In this document: positions 1 to 8,845 of the stretch, in pieces | Position numbering within the stretch: position 1 is the first letter of the stretch | Layout of the letters: every line of letters begins with the position of its first letter | IMG/VR virus record: IMGVR_UViG_3300008111_000003 | Reading direction: 5' to 3' (one strand) | DNA from: a virus | DNA: 64,000 nt | Translations under genes and position numbers: made by a program | The notes under the pieces: model-generated | What the model saw: the letters and a program-made list of their open reading frames with translations, nothing else | Databases searched by the model: none | Told to the model about the DNA's origin: nothing

Positions 1-2
1 AT

Positions 3-527
3 AAAATGCAAAGAGCAGATGGTGCTAAATTATTGAAAAAGTTTTGCAGAAAGGTCGGCAATGTTATTCCGGTTAATAAAAATATTGTAATTGGTATCAC
101 TCATTTAATAGGTAATCCAACCGGATATGGTGCAGAATTTAAAGAGGGCGGTGGTACCGGTATTGCTTATCAGGTAGATGTTAAGTTAAGAGCCAAATCG
201 AGTAAGCCATGGCTATTAGGTGCTGAAAATACACAAATAGGACAAGAAATAGAGTGGATAGTTGGTTCTTCTCCATTAGGACCACCAGGACGCCAAGTTC
301 TAGGTTATATTAGATATGGACAGGGTATAGATAAACAAATGGAAGCTATTGTAATGGCTTCTGATCTTGGATTAATACATAAGGGTGGGGCATGGTATAC
401 CTTTACAAGCTTGCCTGATAAGCCTAAGTTTCAAGGAACAGAAAAGGCTAGACAGTACTTAGTTGAAAATGATCTTATATATCAAGATCTTGTAAAAACT
501 ATAAAAATAACTTTAGGCATAGAATGA
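3..527 (+). CDS. recA: RecA/UvsX-like recombinase, C-terminal part (5' end outside window)
   Basis: RecA-like C-terminal motifs (IGITHL..NP, GGGTGIAYQVDVKLR, IRYGQGID, IHKGGAWYTF); frame open to window start. Confidence 0.8.
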   Translation, partial: KMQRADGAKLLKKFCRKVGNVIPVNKNIVIGITHLIGNPTGYGAEFKEGGGTGIAYQVDVKLRAKSSKPWLLGAENTQIGQEIEWIVGSSPLGPPGRQVLGYIRYGQGIDKQMEAIVMASDLGLIHKGGAWYTFTSLPDKPKFQGTEKARQYLVENDLIYQDLVKTIKITLGIE

Positions 528-934
528 TAATTAAAGCTTTAGATGGTCAATCACATAATTGGCTATTAACCGGCAATATGGCTAAAGGTAAAGTTAGCAA
601 TAGGTCTTCTTTGCATCTGTCTGCAAGAAAACTGATTACTGGCCACTTCCCCACTCTGCAACTACTAGAAGAAGTGCCGATACCATTGAGGAAGGGCGAG
701 GTATTATATTTAGATTTTTATATACCATTAAAGAAAATTTGCATAGAAGTTCATGGTGAACAACATTTTAAATTTGTACCATTCTACCATTCTACTATGC
801 TTAATTTTTTAAAAGCACAAAAAAGAGATAGAGAAAAACAAGAGTGGTGTGAAATAAATGGAATCAAGTATATTGGTCTTAGATTTGATCAAAAAGAAAA
901 TGAATGGAGCGAGTTAATCCAAAATGAGTGCTAA
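524..934 (+). CDS. Vsr/DUF559-like PD-(D/E)XK endonuclease
   Basis: YLDFYIP..KICIEVHGEQHF..RDREKQEWC pattern; ATGA overlap with recA stop. Confidence 0.65.
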   Translation: MIIKALDGQSHNWLLTGNMAKGKVSNRSSLHLSARKLITGHFPTLQLLEEVPIPLRKGEVLYLDFYIPLKKICIEVHGEQHFKFVPFYHSTMLNFLKAQKRDREKQEWCEINGIKYIGLRFDQKENEWSELIQNEC

Positions 935-1418
935 AACATCCAAAGAGGAACTAAAGTATTGGGACGATATACTTGACGAATATGAGAATTCTATAGGACT
1001 AGGTATATATTCAGATGTTCATGGATTCACAGAAAGTGAACTAAATACATACTTCACCATGAATAGAGATGCTATAGAGAAATTAGATCCGGAAGATTGT
1101 GCTCAAATATCTTATAGATTAGCACAGTACGCATTCTTCTTACAGAGAACTCTTAATAGAGAAATTGCCAGACACAACTGGGCAGAAGAAAATATTAAAG
1201 AGACCATAGCAGATGAAATAAATAATTATAAAGGATACGGCTTTGTAGAAAAATCTATACAAGCCATTAAACATAATGATAAAGCCATCTCATTGAATAA
1301 GATTAAAAAGTATGCTCAACAGCGCATGGATAGACTATCATATTTAGCTAATAGCGTTAAAAATCTTTCAGATATTATGCTTTCTGTACAAAGGACAAAG
1401 GTGAAACATGGGTCTTGA
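924..1418 (+). CDS. Helical hypothetical protein (possibly UvsY-like recombination mediator)
   Basis: Coiled-coil-like sequence between recA and helicase; function inferred from context only. Confidence 0.4.
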   Translation: MSAKTSKEELKYWDDILDEYENSIGLGIYSDVHGFTESELNTYFTMNRDAIEKLDPEDCAQISYRLAQYAFFLQRTLNREIARHNWAEENIKETIADEINNYKGYGFVEKSIQAIKHNDKAISLNKIKKYAQQRMDRLSYLANSVKNLSDIMLSVQRTKVKHGS

Positions 1419-1773
1419 TAATGATGATATCAAAGCATTAATAGCAATATTACAAAAGGGTTTAACTAATGATGATGAAAATGAGGTAGAGACACCAAAG
1501 CGTAAAACTCAGCGATCATCCAAACCACGACAAACCAAAAAGAAAAGCACAAACAAATTTGATAACATGCCAGAATTTGGTATGTGTAAAGAGGATGTGG
1601 AGATAGATCGTAAGATCAAAAAACCACCACCATCACTAAGAAATAGGCCGTTTGAACTTGTTAAGGTTCAATGTAGAATTTGTGGTAAAAAAGATAAGGT
1701 TGCACCAAGTATTCTTGAGTCTATGGAAATAGAGAGATACAAGTGTAACAAGTGCGCAACAGGAGCAGGCTGA
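1408..1773 (+). CDS. Hypothetical protein with C-terminal zinc ribbon
   Basis: CRICG...CNKC; overlaps both neighbours. Confidence 0.6.
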   Translation: MGLDNDDIKALIAILQKGLTNDDENEVETPKRKTQRSSKPRQTKKKSTNKFDNMPEFGMCKEDVEIDRKIKKPPPSLRNRPFELVKVQCRICGKKDKVAPSILESMEIERYKCNKCATGAG

Positions 1774-3230
1774 TGATTTTGTGTGATCCCGCCGCAGAAA
1801 GAGCGGTATTGGCTGGTATTTGTTCGTATGGTGAAAATGCTTATTTGGACATTGCTGATATATTACAGGAATCATCTTTTACTGTAGATAGCAATACCAT
1901 TATCTTCAAATGCTTAAAGCATCTTTGCGAGAATAATCACGGAACTATTGATATAGCCTCCATCTATTCTGTGGCTCAGGATTTGGGAGTTTCTCATGTT
2001 CTTTCAAAGAAAGAGGAAACCCAGCATCTTAAGGCTATTATGGATTTTCCTGTTAGTCTTGATAATGTTAGAAAATTTGCGGCCAAGATAAGAAAGCTAG
2101 AAATAGCTAGACTATTAAGAAAGCAGCTAGAACTAGCTCAGGATAAAATCTTAGAGATAACAGGATCAGAACCAATATCTTCGATTATAGGATTGGCCGA
2201 AGATAGTATTTTTAATTTCACTTCGCTGCTAAATGATAGTGATAGTGGTCCAGAACAAATATCTTCTTCTATTGATGATTATATTAAACATCTAGAAGAA
2301 ACTAAATTGGATCAGGTGGGTATTCCAACAGGATTTCCAATATACGATCAGGCTATTGGTGGTGGACTAAGACGAGGAACAATCAATGTAATTGGTGCTA
2401 GACCAAAAGTTGGTAAAACTCTTATGTCTGATAATATGAGTAAAAACATAGCAGCATTAGGTATTCCCATATTAAATATGGATACCGAAATGAATAAAGA
2501 AGATCATATTCATAGACTATTGGCTATGATGAGCGAAGTTGATATTAACTCTATCGAAACTGGTAAATTTTCTGAATCTGTTGACAAAAAGAATAAGATA
2601 CTATCCTCAGCAGAAAAACTAAAAGGTATGAATATATACCACAAAAGTATTGCTGGTATGCCTTTTGAGGATCAATTAGCTATAATGAGAAGATGGCTAG
2701 TTAAAGAGGTAGGACTAAATGATGATGGTACAGCCAAAGAGTGTGTGATATTTTATGATTATCTAAAGCTTATGGATAGTGCTGGTATAAGCCAAGATCT
2801 TAAAGAATATCAGGTTTTAGGATTTATGATGACCAGTTTGCATAATTTTGCTGTTAGATACAAAGTGCCAATCGTAGCTTTTATACAGTTGAATAGAGAT
2901 GGTATTTCAAAAGAAAGTACCGACTCTGCTAGTGGTTCAGATCGAATCATTTGGTTGTGTAGCAATTTCTCAATTTTTAAACGCAAGAGCGATGAAGAAA
3001 TAGCAGAAGATGGGCCAGATGGTGGTAATCGTAAACTAATACCATTAGTATGCAGACACGGTGGCGGTCTGGACGATAACGATTATATCAACTGTCATAT
3101 GAAGGGATGGTGTGCCCAAATTAAAGAGGGAAGAACGCACTTGGAAATTAAGAATAATGTCAAATCTAATGAAGAAGGTTTTATTGTAGATGAAAACGAT
3201 AGCGATGAAGACCAAATCCCATTTGAATGA
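1773..3230 (+). CDS. dnaB: DnaB-like replicative helicase
   Basis: AERAVLAGI N-domain, GIPTGF, Walker A GARPKVGKT, YDYLKLM, QLNR; AGGAG before ATG 1773. Confidence 0.92.
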   Translation: MILCDPAAERAVLAGICSYGENAYLDIADILQESSFTVDSNTIIFKCLKHLCENNHGTIDIASIYSVAQDLGVSHVLSKKEETQHLKAIMDFPVSLDNVRKFAAKIRKLEIARLLRKQLELAQDKILEITGSEPISSIIGLAEDSIFNFTSLLNDSDSGPEQISSSIDDYIKHLEETKLDQVGIPTGFPIYDQAIGGGLRRGTINVIGARPKVGKTLMSDNMSKNIAALGIPILNMDTEMNKEDHIHRLLAMMSEVDINSIETGKFSESVDKKNKILSSAEKLKGMNIYHKSIAGMPFEDQLAIMRRWLVKEVGLNDDGTAKECVIFYDYLKLMDSAGISQDLKEYQVLGFMMTSLHNFAVRYKVPIVAFIQLNRDGISKESTDSASGSDRIIWLCSNFSIFKRKSDEEIAEDGPDGGNRKLIPLVCRHGGGLDDNDYINCHMKGWCAQIKEGRTHLEIKNNVKSNEEGFIVDENDSDEDQIPFE

Positions 3231-4350
3231 TCAATTAAAACTAAAGCTGATTTGTGATCAGGTTTGTGACAATATTGAGCCACTATTAGATTCTTTTGGA
3301 ATTGATTATAGAACTCAATCCAAGATGATCGTTATGGCCTGTCCCATACATGGTGGAGATAATGCGTCCGCACTTAACTTGTATCCAGAAGGAGACAGTT
3401 ATAGAGGAAACTGGAAGTGTAGAACGCACAATTGTGAAAAAACATTCAAAGGATCAGTACTAGGATTTATTAGAGGCATATTATCTCGTCATCATCATGG
3501 ATGGAATAAAGATGGTGATAAGATGTGCTCTTTTAATGAGGCTGTTGATTATGCCCTAAAATTTATTAAACAAGACCTATCCGATCTAAAAATATCCAAA
3601 ACAGAAAGAGAAAAGAAACAATTCACGAATGTTGTTAACTATCTCAACAAGACAGAAGAAAAAAGCACAAGCAGAGTAACCAGAAGTCAGATAGTCAAAT
3701 CTTTAATTATTCCTGCTCAATACTATTTAGATCGAAAATATTCACCAGAAATACTAACCAAATATGATGTTGGTTTATGTAGTAAATCTGGTAAAGAGAT
3801 GAGTGATAGAATTGTTGTGCCAATATATGACAATAACTATAGTTATATGGTAGGATGTACCGGACGAAGCATCCACGAAAAATGTCCAAATTGCAAAGGA
3901 TTTCATAATCCCAATGGTGGGTGTCCATTACCCGACGATGTTTGGAAATTTTGTAAATGGAAACATAACACAGACTTTAAAAGCCAGAATCATCTTTACA
4001 ACTTCTGGTTTGCTAAAGAACATATTCTTAAAACATCAACAGTTATTGTGGTAGAAAGTCCTGGTAATGTTTGGAGATTAGAAGAAAACGGTATTCATAA
4101 TAGTGTAGCTATTTTTGGATCATCCTTGAGCGATAGACAAAAGATCATATTAGATTCATCTGGAGCTATGAATATTGTGATACTAACAGACAACGATGAA
4201 GCAGGAATAAAGGCCGCTGAACAAATTAAGAATAAGTGCCAGAATACTTATAGAATTTTTATACCCAAAATATCAAAGAGCGATGTGGGAGAAATGAATA
4301 GTGAAGAAATTAATGATCAAATTAAGAATTATCTAGGAAAAATAGTATGA
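3190..4350 (+). CDS. dnaG: DnaG-like DNA primase
   Basis: CHC2 zinc finger CPIH...WKCRTHNC; RIVVPI..GCTGR; TOPRIM VVES..LTDNDEAG; true start may be 3205. Confidence 0.85.
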   Translation: MKTIAMKTKSHLNDQLKLKLICDQVCDNIEPLLDSFGIDYRTQSKMIVMACPIHGGDNASALNLYPEGDSYRGNWKCRTHNCEKTFKGSVLGFIRGILSRHHHGWNKDGDKMCSFNEAVDYALKFIKQDLSDLKISKTEREKKQFTNVVNYLNKTEEKSTSRVTRSQIVKSLIIPAQYYLDRKYSPEILTKYDVGLCSKSGKEMSDRIVVPIYDNNYSYMVGCTGRSIHEKCPNCKGFHNPNGGCPLPDDVWKFCKWKHNTDFKSQNHLYNFWFAKEHILKTSTVIVVESPGNVWRLEENGIHNSVAIFGSSLSDRQKIILDSSGAMNIVILTDNDEAGIKAAEQIKNKCQNTYRIFIPKISKSDVGEMNSEEINDQIKNYLGKIV

Positions 4351-4985
4351 CAACAATTTTAGCATTCTCTGGACGAAAACAATCTGGTAAAAGTACATCT
4401 GGAGAATATGTACAGGATCTTATCCGTTCTATAAATCCAAAAATCAGCATTAAAACCTATAGCTTTGCTGATCCTCTAAAAAGAAATATTTGTATAGACT
4501 TATTAGGATTAACTGAGCAGCAGTGCTATGGTAGTGATGAAGATAAGAATAGTCTGACCAATATTCGCTGGAAAGATATGCCAGACTATGATATATCATG
4601 GACTTATGATTCTGAATATGATTCTAGCGGATTTATGACAGCAAGACAAGTTATGGAATTTGTGGGTACAAGAATTTTTAGAAAAATGAAAAATAATATA
4701 TGGGTAGATGCTACTATTAAACAAATCCATAAAGACAATATCGATATGGCTCTACTATTAGATAATAGATTTCCAAATGAAGTTGATGCTGTTTTAGACT
4801 CTGGTGGATTTGTGGTTAGATTAGCGAGAGATCCTTTTCATTCTTGGTCAGAACCTGAGATTGCTCTGGATCCAGTTAAGTACGATTGGTCGAAATTTAG
4901 TTGTGTAATAGACAACACAAACTGCTCAATAGACGAAAAGAATAATCTTATCAAACAATTTCTTATTAATCAAGGAATACTTTAG
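4347..4985 (+). CDS. Deoxynucleoside monophosphate kinase
   Basis: P-loop SGRKQSGKST, SFADPLK, TARQVMEFVGT, DNRFPNE as in phage dNMP kinases. Confidence 0.8.
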   Translation: MTTILAFSGRKQSGKSTSGEYVQDLIRSINPKISIKTYSFADPLKRNICIDLLGLTEQQCYGSDEDKNSLTNIRWKDMPDYDISWTYDSEYDSSGFMTARQVMEFVGTRIFRKMKNNIWVDATIKQIHKDNIDMALLLDNRFPNEVDAVLDSGGFVVRLARDPFHSWSEPEIALDPVKYDWSKFSCVIDNTNCSIDEKNNLIKQFLINQGIL

Positions 4986-5004
4986 TGTGTCTTAAATAAT
5001 ATTC

Positions 5005-5012
5005 GGTGTATC
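5005..5012 (+). promoter_or_regulatory. Putative phage (late) promoter motif GGTGTATC
   Basis: GTGTA motif recurring in intergenic spaces before endonuclease and virion genes. Confidence 0.5.
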
Positions 5013-5041
5013 TAAGATTAGACATATAAGGAGAAAAATTT

Positions 5042-5569
5042 ATGCCAGCTAAAAAATATTTTATAACTAAAGAATATTTAGAAGAACATTATACCAAACA
5101 AAAAAAGAGCACAACCACCATAGCAAAAGAATTAGGACTTAAATCCACAAATACGCTTAAAAGATTATTAAAAAAATACGATATACCCAACAATAATAAT
5201 AGGGCTGGTAGGCCAGTAAAAACCACACAAAAATTTGGTGAAATACACAAATCATATATCTGTACATTAAGATTACGAGCAAAAAGATTAGATTATGAAT
5301 TCAATTTAAATGGAAAATTTTTATGGGAATTATTTCTAAAACAAAATAGAAAATGTGCTTTATCTGGCATAGAAATAGGATTTCCTCAAGCCTGGGGCGT
5401 TAAAAGTAAAACAGATATTACTGCGTCTCTAGATAGAATAGATAGTAATAAAGGATATACAAAAGATAATGTGCAATGGGTACACAAGCATATAAACACT
5501 ATGAAAATGCATATGACAGATATGGAGTTTATAAGTATCTGTAAGAAAGTAGCGGAATACAACAAGTGA
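5042..5569 (+). CDS. Free-standing HNH/His-Me homing endonuclease with N-terminal HTH-like region
   Basis: KQNRKCALSG..SLDRIDSNKGYTKDNVQWVHKHINTMK; AAGGAG RBS. Confidence 0.75.
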   Translation: MPAKKYFITKEYLEEHYTKQKKSTTTIAKELGLKSTNTLKRLLKKYDIPNNNNRAGRPVKTTQKFGEIHKSYICTLRLRAKRLDYEFNLNGKFLWELFLKQNRKCALSGIEIGFPQAWGVKSKTDITASLDRIDSNKGYTKDNVQWVHKHINTMKMHMTDMEFISICKKVAEYNK

Positions 5570-6609
5570 TTATAACCTATCTTCGAAGTTCAAGTTTTAA
5601 CACACACTGTTTCTGTGCTCAACAGTATTTTCTTGAATATGTACTAGGCATTAGATCCCCATCAGGAATTAAGGCCGATAAGGGCACTATAGTACATAAA
5701 GCTTTAGAGATTTTAGCCTATATTAAGCTAACATTACAAAATAAAGAAAATATTTATACTGATGATATTGTTGGTCCTATTAATGTTCATGACTATGATT
5801 TAGACCGAATTATTGATGCTGTTTATCAATACTATACGTCTCAGTTTAAACATCACTCATGGTCGGCCAAAGATTTAAAAGATTGTCGTCTATGGGTCAA
5901 CAAAGCGATCACAGATCACAACGGAACCTTCGATCCACGCAATAGAAACATACTTCAACCAGAGCAACATTTTGATATAGTTATAGATAAACCTTGGGCC
6001 TATTATTCGTACAAAACACAATCAGGAATTTTAGATGGTAATTTGGCGATAAAAGGAACTATTGATCTTATTACGGAAGTGGACGAAAATACCATAGAAA
6101 TTGTTGACTGGAAAACTGGCCGCAGACTAGACTGGGCAACTGGTCAAGAAAAAACTTTGGAAAAACTTCAAAATGATCCTCAGTTAAGAATATACCACTA
6201 TGCTGTGCAAAAATTGTATCCGAAAATGGATCATATTATTTTTACCATCAATTTTATTAATGATGGCGGAGCATTTAGTGTTTGTTATGATAAGAGCGAT
6301 TTGCCAAAAACAGAAAATATGATTAGACAAAAGTTTGAAACCATACGAGATACCACAAGACCATCACTTAACAAAAGTTGGAAATGCACCAAATTATGTC
6401 ATTTTGGAAAAACCACTTTTGAGAATAGTCATATTCTACCCATCATAGAATATAGAGATAATCAAATATGTGCCAAAGATACTTTCATGACCAAGTGTGA
6501 ACAAATCAAACACGATATTGATCTGAAAGGCATTAACAATGTGATTGACCAACACACTTTTCCTGGATATACTGTTGGTAAGTACAAAGCACCCGGAAGC
6601 GCAGAATGA
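5566..6609 (+). CDS. PD-(D/E)XK (RecB/Cas4-like) nuclease
   Basis: GTIVHKALE, PEQHF, KGTIDLI..EIVDWKTG, QLRIY, Cys cluster (C..CTKLCHF..C). Confidence 0.8.
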   Translation: MIITYLRSSSFNTHCFCAQQYFLEYVLGIRSPSGIKADKGTIVHKALEILAYIKLTLQNKENIYTDDIVGPINVHDYDLDRIIDAVYQYYTSQFKHHSWSAKDLKDCRLWVNKAITDHNGTFDPRNRNILQPEQHFDIVIDKPWAYYSYKTQSGILDGNLAIKGTIDLITEVDENTIEIVDWKTGRRLDWATGQEKTLEKLQNDPQLRIYHYAVQKLYPKMDHIIFTINFINDGGAFSVCYDKSDLPKTENMIRQKFETIRDTTRPSLNKSWKCTKLCHFGKTTFENSHILPIIEYRDNQICAKDTFMTKCEQIKHDIDLKGINNVIDQHTFPGYTVGKYKAPGSAE

Positions 6610-6646
6610 ACACAACCCATTTCTTTTTCACCTCTTTTTTATTATC

Positions 6647-6654
6647 TGTGTATT
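6647..6654 (+). promoter_or_regulatory. Putative phage (late) promoter motif TGTGTATT
   Basis: GTGTA motif followed by TACTATGA, as at 8870. Confidence 0.5.
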
Positions 6655-6696
6655 CATACTATGAGTGATAATGCAAATTGAGTATAAGGAAATTTT

Positions 6697-7416
6697 ATGA
6701 GAGGCAGAAAAGTAGACAATGGTCGTTTTGTAAAATGTTACGATAATAAATTAACAAAAAAATATCTAGAAAAAGAATATCCAAAACAAGGAGCCTATAA
6801 AATAGCTAAAAGTTTGGGGATTCACGTTAAAACCGTATATAATTATTTAGGATATTACAAAATACCAAGAACTAGACAAGAAAATAATAAAATTAAAAAA
6901 GGCCAAATTTTTGGATTGTTAACTTTAGTAGAACCTGTTGGAAAATTAAAAAACGGCACAATTACATGGAAGTGTATGTGTGACTGCGGAAGCGAGACAA
7001 TAGTACCATCCTCTAGGATAAAAATAGGCAAGGTTAAAAGTTGTGGCTGTTTGAACAAAATTAGTGGCTCAAAAAGATGGAATTGGAAGGGGTATTGTGG
7101 TATTAGTGGAAGCAGATTTTGTGAGATTAGATTAAGAGCCAAAAAGAAAAAATGGGATTTCAACCTAACTCCAAAATTCTTATGGGAACTATTTCAACAA
7201 CAAAACAAGAGATGTGCTATAACTAATGAAATTATAGATTTGAATATTGATGGATCATTAGATAGGATAGACAGTTCAAAAGGATATGTAAAAAATAACG
7301 TTTGGTGGGTTAAAAAAGATATAAATAAGATGAAACTAGACTTTCCATTAAATTTGTTTATCGAATTATGTGAGAAGGTTGTAGCCAATAAGGAGAATAT
7401 AAGAAATGGGCGTTGA
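6697..7416 (+). CDS. Free-standing HNH/His-Me homing endonuclease
   Basis: WKCMCDCG..VKSCGCL zinc-binding module; QQNKRCAIT..SLDRIDSSKGYVKNNVWWVKKDINKMK; related to 5042-5569. Confidence 0.78.
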   Translation: MRGRKVDNGRFVKCYDNKLTKKYLEKEYPKQGAYKIAKSLGIHVKTVYNYLGYYKIPRTRQENNKIKKGQIFGLLTLVEPVGKLKNGTITWKCMCDCGSETIVPSSRIKIGKVKSCGCLNKISGSKRWNWKGYCGISGSRFCEIRLRAKKKKWDFNLTPKFLWELFQQQNKRCAITNEIIDLNIDGSLDRIDSSKGYVKNNVWWVKKDINKMKLDFPLNLFIELCEKVVANKENIRNGR

Positions 7417-7450
7417 GCAACGATATGTGCCGCTACACGTCCATTCCTAA
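7406..7450 (+). CDS. dnaE: DnaE N-terminal 14-codon mini-ORF (MGVEQRYVPLHVHS-stop), first PHP motif
   Basis: AAGGAG RBS at 7390-7395; YVPLHVHS is the canonical DnaE start and continues as MFSLLDG 10 nt later in the +1 frame. Confidence 0.75.
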   Translation: MGVEQRYVPLHVHS

Positions 7451-7457
7451 GTGAACT

Positions 7458-8843
7458 ATGTTTTCACTTTTGGATGGACTATCCAAACCAGAGCAAATAG
7501 CAGAAAGATGCAAAGAGATCGGAGCATCTGCTTGTGCGTTAACAGATCATGGTAACATAGCAGGAACCATCAAGTTTTATACTGCTATGAAAAAAGCTGG
7601 ACTAAAGCCTATACTTGGATGTGAACTTTACATTTGTAGTCAAAACCCAAAAATCAAAGAAAAAGATAACAAAAAACTAAGTCATTTTCTGGTATTGGCT
7701 AAGAATTATTCAGGATGGAGAAATCTTATCAAGATAGTTTCATCATCCAATAATCCAGAATATTATTATCATAAGCCGAGATTGGATTTACCAACACTAA
7801 AAGATCTTCATTCAGGGGATTTGATCGGAATAACTGGTCATCTTGGATCAACACTAGCAGATCAAATACTAGACGGGGATGCTCTTAGAGATGATTGGCA
7901 AAATATAGGAGTACAACATATATCTTATCTTAAGACTATATTTGGTGATCATTTGTTTTTGGAAGCTCAATTAATAGATAAAGATAATCTGCCAATCCAA
8001 GAAATCCTCACAAACTGCATCAGAAAATTGGGACAATTAACCAATACTAAAGTTATATGTACTCCTGATGCTCATTATTGTCGCAAAGAGGATGCTGTTG
8101 ATCAGCGAGTATTATTGTGCAACAATCTTAAGATTACATTCTCTGATATTAGTCGTAAAATCATAAACGATCAAGATATTCCTATGGGGTGCTTTTTTAC
8201 ATCAGATAATTATCATATTCCATCTCAGGAGGAAATGAAGAACATACACACAGAAGAAGAAATCAATAATACAAATTTTGTGTGTGATTTAGTGGAAGAA
8301 TATAACATACTAAGTAAACCTAAATTACCATTATTTAAATGTCCACCAAATTTCTCTCAGGATGAATATTTAAGAGAACTGTGTAGAAACGGATGGAGAG
8401 ATAAAATAGCAAATGTTGTACCTAAAGAAGATCAACAACCATACTTGGATCGTATCAAATACGAACTAGAGGTTTTACAGGGTGCTGGGCTGAGTAGTTA
8501 TTTTTTAATAGTACAAGATATTGTGAACTATGTTAAAAGAGAAGGATGGCTTCCGGGACCGGGACGAGGTTGTTTTATACCAGAAACAAGAGTTAAAATG
8601 GCTTCTGGTGAATTGATGCCTATCTATAATATAGAAATAGGAGATCAAGTAATAGATGCTTTTGGAAATAAACAAAGAGTCTATGATATAATGAGATATG
8701 AAATAGATGAAGAAATACTGGAAATAGAATTAGAAAATGGTAAAATCATAAGATGTACAAAAGATCATAGATTTTTAACACTAAATAGGGGTTGGGTTGA
8801 AGCCCAGTATCTATCAGAAAATGATGATTTGGCCAAAATATAA
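7458..8843 (+). CDS. dnaE: DNA polymerase III alpha (DnaE) part 1: PHP domain plus start of polymerase, fused to N-terminal split-intein half
   Basis: FSLLDG, ALTDHGN, PILGCE, TPDAHY, YFLIVQDIV, GPGRG followed by intein block A CFIPET. Confidence 0.92.
   Translation: MFSLLDGLSKPEQIAERCKEIGASACALTDHGNIAGTIKFYTAMKKAGLKPILGCELYICSQNPKIKEKDNKKLSHFLVLAKNYSGWRNLIKIVSSSNNPEYYYHKPRLDLPTLKDLHSGDLIGITGHLGSTLADQILDGDALRDDWQNIGVQHISYLKTIFGDHLFLEAQLIDKDNLPIQEILTNCIRKLGQLTNTKVICTPDAHYCRKEDAVDQRVLLCNNLKITFSDISRKIINDQDIPMGCFFTSDNYHIPSQEEMKNIHTEEEINNTNFVCDLVEEYNILSKPKLPLFKCPPNFSQDEYLRELCRNGWRDKIANVVPKEDQQPYLDRIKYELEVLQGAGLSSYFLIVQDIVNYVKREGWLPGPGRGCFIPETRVKMASGELMPIYNIEIGDQVIDAFGNKQRVYDIMRYEIDEEILEIELENGKIIRCTKDHRFLTLNRGWVEAQYLSENDDLAKI
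8571..8840 (+). mobile_element. Split intein N-fragment (90 aa)
   Basis: Begins at Cys after GPGRG; block A CFIPETRV, block B IRCTKDHRFLT..GWVEA..L; ends at TAATAA. Confidence 0.9.
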
Positions 8844-8845
8844 TA

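Noticed and set aside
5566-6609. Cas4 as part of a CRISPR-Cas system
   Set aside because: No array or other cas genes in the window; stand-alone nucleases of this type are common in phage replication modules.
6610-7457. Group I intron carrying the HNH gene and explaining the dnaE gap
   Set aside because: Too little non-coding sequence for a ribozyme core, no recognisable P7 elements, and the upstream gene ends normally.
7445-7460. Simple +1 frameshift or stop readthrough at the dnaE gap
   Set aside because: The +1 frame meets TGA at 7452-7454, and readthrough of TAA stays out of frame with MFSLLDG.
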